A DNA stretch of 32,212 nt, taken from sequence record DRR378314_1742; one strand, given 5' to 3'. The notes beneath the pieces are model-generated. The model ran no database searches and was not told the origin of the DNA. It was given only the letters and a program-made list of their open reading frames with translations. Made by a program: the position numbers and the translations under genes. This document shows positions 29,254-32,212 of this stretch, in pieces. Positions within the stretch are counted from its first letter, which is position 1; each line of letters starts with the position of its first letter.

Positions 29254-30792
29254 TTAGGCACGAAACTTCTCCAGAAAATGAGAGACTTCACTCAGAACCT
29301 TATCTGTGTCAGTCGTCATCTCGTTAATGGACTGAAGGATAGTTGCTGAAGCCTCCAAGGACTGATTGGCGAACCCTTCAATATCCGTAACCTCGCCTTT
29401 CAACCGAACGGTTCCATCATACGCACCTCGGGTGCTTTGTGAGATTTCACTGGTTGCAACTGATTGCTCTTCAACAGCGGCTGCAACGGACGTGGTCGTC
29501 GCGTTAATTTCTTTGATAATGTCCAGAATAGCCCCAATTTCAGAGGCTGCCTGATCACTCACTTTCTGAATTTCCGAGATCTGAGTTGCGATCTCTTCGG
29601 TTGCCTTACCGGTTTGGGTCGCCAGATTTTTCACTTCGCCAGCCACAACAGCGAAACCTTTTCCGGCCTCTCCGGCACGGGCTGCTTCAATGGTTGCATT
29701 CAATGCCAGCAGGTTTGTCTGTTCAGCAATGTCATTAATCAAACTAATGACTTCGCTAATTTGTTTGGCGGCGGTGGTTAGATTTTCCATGGTACCCGCG
29801 GTTGCCGTAGCCCGATCTGATGCATCCCTTGCTACCCGGTTGGATTGATTTACCTGAGAAGAGATTTCCTGAATAGAAGCGCTGAGCTGTTCAGTAGCCG
29901 CACTCACCGCCTGAACATTATTGGTCATATCAGCAGCAACACCACTGGTCTGATCGACGCGCCCCACGACATCATCGGAAATGGCTTTCATCTGGCCGAT
30001 CAATCCGGTCAGCTTATGGGAATTGTCGCCCACTTTTCGAAGCACATTCCCAACGCTTTCTTCAAACTGTGCTGCAATTTCAAGGCGTTCTTTGCGGCGG
30101 CGACCTTCCTCATCCTCATTCGCTTTCATCTTTTCTTCATTCAAGCGATCTGCTTCCGCTTTCAGGGTGGTCACCCGCTCGGCGGCCTCATTAGCTTCTT
30201 CTGATGCCTGAATGGCTTTTTGTTTTTCTTCTTCTGCCAAATGCTGCGCAGAAGCTGCCTCTTGAATAGCCTCTTCAGACGCAGTAAATGCTTTGACCAA
30301 ACGATAGGCCAGGATCGTCAACACCGCTGCTTCAAAAATAACGATAACGGCATGCAAAACGACTCGAAAGAAGTCAGCACCGTCTGGAAATACGGCCGCA
30401 GGCAAGGTGAAATTCAACACAAGATGATGAACGGCAATGGTTGCAGTTGCCACCACAATCGTTTTCCAACAACAGAACACAGCGGTAATCGCCAAGCCCG
30501 CAAAGAAGTACATGTGAATGTCAATTTGCCAGGGATGGCCGCTGAATACATAGACGATCAATCCCGTCTGAATTATATAAGTTACCGCCAGAGAATACCG
30601 GAATTCCTGAGACAACTTATCGCGGAAATACAGGAAAGTTGTGATCCCTGCAAAGATAGCTGACGCGATTGTTGGCTCAAGCCAGCCTTGCCCGATAACC
30701 AGTGCCGCAACCAACGTGATGGGAACATGCGCCCATAAAATTGCGAGTAAATACTTAGATACTGATGATCTCAGTTCAGCTAATGCGTTCAT
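29254..30792 (-). CDS. Methyl-accepting chemotaxis protein with 6-TM His-rich integral membrane sensor domain
   Basis: Signalling hairpin [37 protein letters not shown]. The N-terminal ~165 aa hold six hydrophobic segments with [20 protein letters not shown] and VLHAV. Confidence 0.95.
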   Translation of the reverse strand: MNALAELRSSVSKYLLAILWAHVPITLVAALVIGQGWLEPTIASAIFAGITTFLYFRDKLSQEFRYSLAVTYIIQTGLIVYVFSGHPWQIDIHMYFFAGLAITAVFCCWKTIVVATATIAVHHLVLNFTLPAAVFPDGADFFRVVLHAVIVIFEAAVLTILAYRLVKAFTASEEAIQEAASAQHLAEEEKQKAIQASEEANEAAERVTTLKAEADRLNEEKMKANEDEEGRRRKERLEIAAQFEESVGNVLRKVGDNSHKLTGLIGQMKAISDDVVGRVDQTSGVAADMTNNVQAVSAATEQLSASIQEISSQVNQSNRVARDASDRATATAGTMENLTTAAKQISEVISLINDIAEQTNLLALNATIEAARAGEAGKGFAVVAGEVKNLATQTGKATEEIATQISEIQKVSDQAASEIGAILDIIKEINATTTSVAAAVEEQSVATSEISQSTRGAYDGTVRLKGEVTDIEGFANQSLEASATILQSINEMTTDTDKVLSEVSHFLEKFRA

Positions 30793-31150
30793 TCTTCACC
30801 CCTAAAGCACCTGATTTTCTATTCAGGTAAAAACAGCCGCCATCGGACAATGCACTGGTAACGAGGAAAGCCCCCGCATCCTTCAAAACCTGCATATTTG
30901 TTCCGTGTGCTGGTCGGACAACAACGATAAAATCTGTAAATCCAGTACGGACAAACTCCACTGGTAGATTTGATAAGGCTCCAAAAATCTCGGTTAGAGA
31001 TTTTTGAGGGGAGAAAACAAGAGCCACATTTTGAGCGGATGAAACGGGCCTCATTTGCAAAACCGCCAGGACCAACAAACCTGCGAATGCCAACCCAGCG
31101 GCCTTAACCAAAGCCTTTGCATCACATCTGTCCGCCACCGCATCACACAT
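30776..31150 (-). CDS. Small membrane-anchored hypothetical protein overlapping the MCP start
   Basis: GAGG SD; N-terminal [31 protein letters not shown] and AGAFLV...GGCF. Its 3' end overlaps the MCP start by 17 nt. Confidence 0.8.
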   Translation of the reverse strand: MCDAVADRCDAKALVKAAGLAFAGLLVLAVLQMRPVSSAQNVALVFSPQKSLTEIFGALSNLPVEFVRTGFTDFIVVVRPAHGTNMQVLKDAGAFLVTSALSDGGCFYLNRKSGALGVKNERIS

Positions 31151-31186
31151 GCCTCATCTCCCAGGAATAATACCTATTGTGATAGC

Positions 31187-31219
31187 AGTATATCGGAGAC
31201 AGGCTTAAGAGCAGGTTAA
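31187..31219 (-). promoter_or_regulatory. CtrA-type box (TTAA-N7-TTAA) with -10 element for the small-protein/MCP operon
   Basis: TTAA-GAGCAGG-TTAA at 31205-31219; minus-strand TATACT at 31192-31187 places the box over the -35 region. Confidence 0.65.
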
Positions 31220-31267
31220 GAGAAAACCACCCGATGGACACCTTGAGGGAACGGCATTTTGTCGCAG

Positions 31268-31310
31268 TTGATCAAAATCAATGTTGCATCTGCGAAATGC
31301 TGGATATAAC
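31268..31310 (+). promoter_or_regulatory. Perfect FNR/FixK box with class II promoter geometry
   Basis: TTGAT-CAAA-ATCAA at 31268-31281. TATAAC at 31305-31310 predicts a TSS near 31316, putting the box centre at about -41.5. Confidence 0.75.
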
Positions 31311-31358
31311 GATCTCACGAGTTTTGTGTTCTCAGTAATCGTAATAGGAATTCAAGCT

Positions 31359-31484
31359 ATGAGCGCCATTAAAATGTCTGTTAAATCAATAGCCACCGCA
31401 CCTGTTCGCCATAAAGATAAAGCTGTTGTTTTTGCTTTTCCAGCTCTGATGATTCTATGGGCGGTCGCTTCTTTTCAGCTGTAA
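31359..31484 (+). CDS. Putative 41-aa single-pass membrane peptide
   Basis: TAGGA SD, then MSAIKMSVKSIATAPVRHKDKAVVFAFPALMILWAVASFQL; framed by the FNR-type promoter and a terminator. Confidence 0.55.
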   Translation: MSAIKMSVKSIATAPVRHKDKAVVFAFPALMILWAVASFQL

Positions 31485-31519
31485 CCTCCTGCGATTACAT
31501 TCTGAATGTGCAGCGCAAC

Positions 31520-31552
31520 AAAAAAAGGGCGGATATATCTCCGCCCTTTTTT
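31520..31552. terminator. Bidirectional rho-independent terminator
   Basis: AAAAAAAGGGCGGA-TATATC-TCCGCCCTTTTTT between the small ORF and convergent gatB. Confidence 0.9.
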
Positions 31553-31569
31553 GCATTCAATTCTGAGAA

Positions 31570-32212
31570 TTAACCATCCAGTTTTGGTTTCAGCAACTGA
31601 TTAACAACGCCGGGGTTTGCTTTACCGCCTGTTGCCTTCATCACCTGCCCCATAAAGAAACCGATCAGCTTGTCCTTGCCGCCGCGATATTCTTCAACCT
31701 TATCCATATTTGCCGCCATTACATCATCAATGGCTTTCTCGATGGCGCCAGTATCCGACACCTGCTTGAGGCCTTTTTCCTCGACAATATCCGCTGCGGC
31801 TTTGCCGGTTTCGAACATGTCTTCAAAGACTTCCTTGGCGATCCGGTTGGAAATAGTTCCATCTTTGATCAGGTCAATCAGTTCGCCAAGGGATCCTGCA
31901 GATACAGGGCTATTGCTCAAAGATTTTCCGGATTTATTAAGGTGGCCAAATAATTCGCCTGTCACCCAGTTGGCTGCCAATTTCGCATCCCGACCAGCAG
32001 CAACAACTTCAAAGAAATCAGCAATTTCTTTTTCAGTGACCAAAACACCAGCGTCATAAACACTAATGCCCAGCTCTTTGACAAATCGCTCTTTCTTCTC
32101 ATCCGGTAATTCCGGCAGATCTGATTTAATCTCTTCGATGAAGGCATCATCAAATTGCAAGGGCAGCAAATCTGGATCCGGAAAATAGCGGTAATCATGC
32201 GCTTCTTCTTTG
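31570..32212 (-). CDS. gatB: Asp-tRNA(Asn)/Glu-tRNA(Gln) amidotransferase subunit B, C-terminal part (5' end outside the window)
   Basis: Frame is open to the edge: [18 protein letters not shown], then [17 protein letters not shown] and [17 protein letters not shown]. Confidence 0.97.
   Translation of the reverse strand, partial: KEEAHDYRYFPDPDLLPLQFDDAFIEEIKSDLPELPDEKKERFVKELGISVYDAGVLVTEKEIADFFEVVAAGRDAKLAANWVTGELFGHLNKSGKSLSNSPVSAGSLGELIDLIKDGTISNRIAKEVFEDMFETGKAAADIVEEKGLKQVSDTGAIEKAIDDVMAANMDKVEEYRGGKDKLIGFFMGQVMKATGGKANPGVVNQLLKPKLDG

Noticed and set aside
31281..31358. 67-aa version of the small ORF from the ORF track
   Set aside because: Its ATG overlaps the FNR box and lies upstream of the predicted TSS; ATG 31359 has an SD.
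31455..31492. Minus-strand CAGGAGGT as the SD of a hidden gene
   Set aside because: No ATG, GTG or TTG at suitable spacing, and it lies just past the gatB terminator.

Overview
Chromosomal segment of an alphaproteobacterium (about 50% GC by eye; ParC, GatB and TRAP styles and CtrA/FNR-type motifs fit, possibly a marine Sneathiella/Rhodospirillales-like lineage, which is inference). It is mostly core and metabolic genes: three crotonase-fold proteins, isobutyryl-CoA dehydrogenase, hemB, a Cys/Met PLP enzyme, a CAP protein, a beta-hydroxyacid dehydrogenase, a penicillin-acylase-family Ntn hydrolase, a flavin reductase, a stand-alone motAB, a divergent ProC-like protein, a membrane-anchored methyltransferase, RDD, a PuuB-like oxidase, an SLC13 permease, bpt/ate, an enlarged TakP-type TRAP transporter, a CaiC-like ligase, parC, recO and partial gatB. 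I found no mobile element, CRISPR array, rRNA or tRNA. The best candidate for an undescribed system is at 29254-31552. A small membrane-anchored protein overlaps a chemoreceptor with a 6-TM His-rich sensor domain, downstream of a CtrA-type box. Divergently, a perfect FNR/FixK box (TTGAT-N4-ATCAA) sits at class II spacing before a short transcript encoding a 41-aa membrane peptide with an anti-SD motif in its 3' UTR. All family calls rest on motif recognition; no searches were run.
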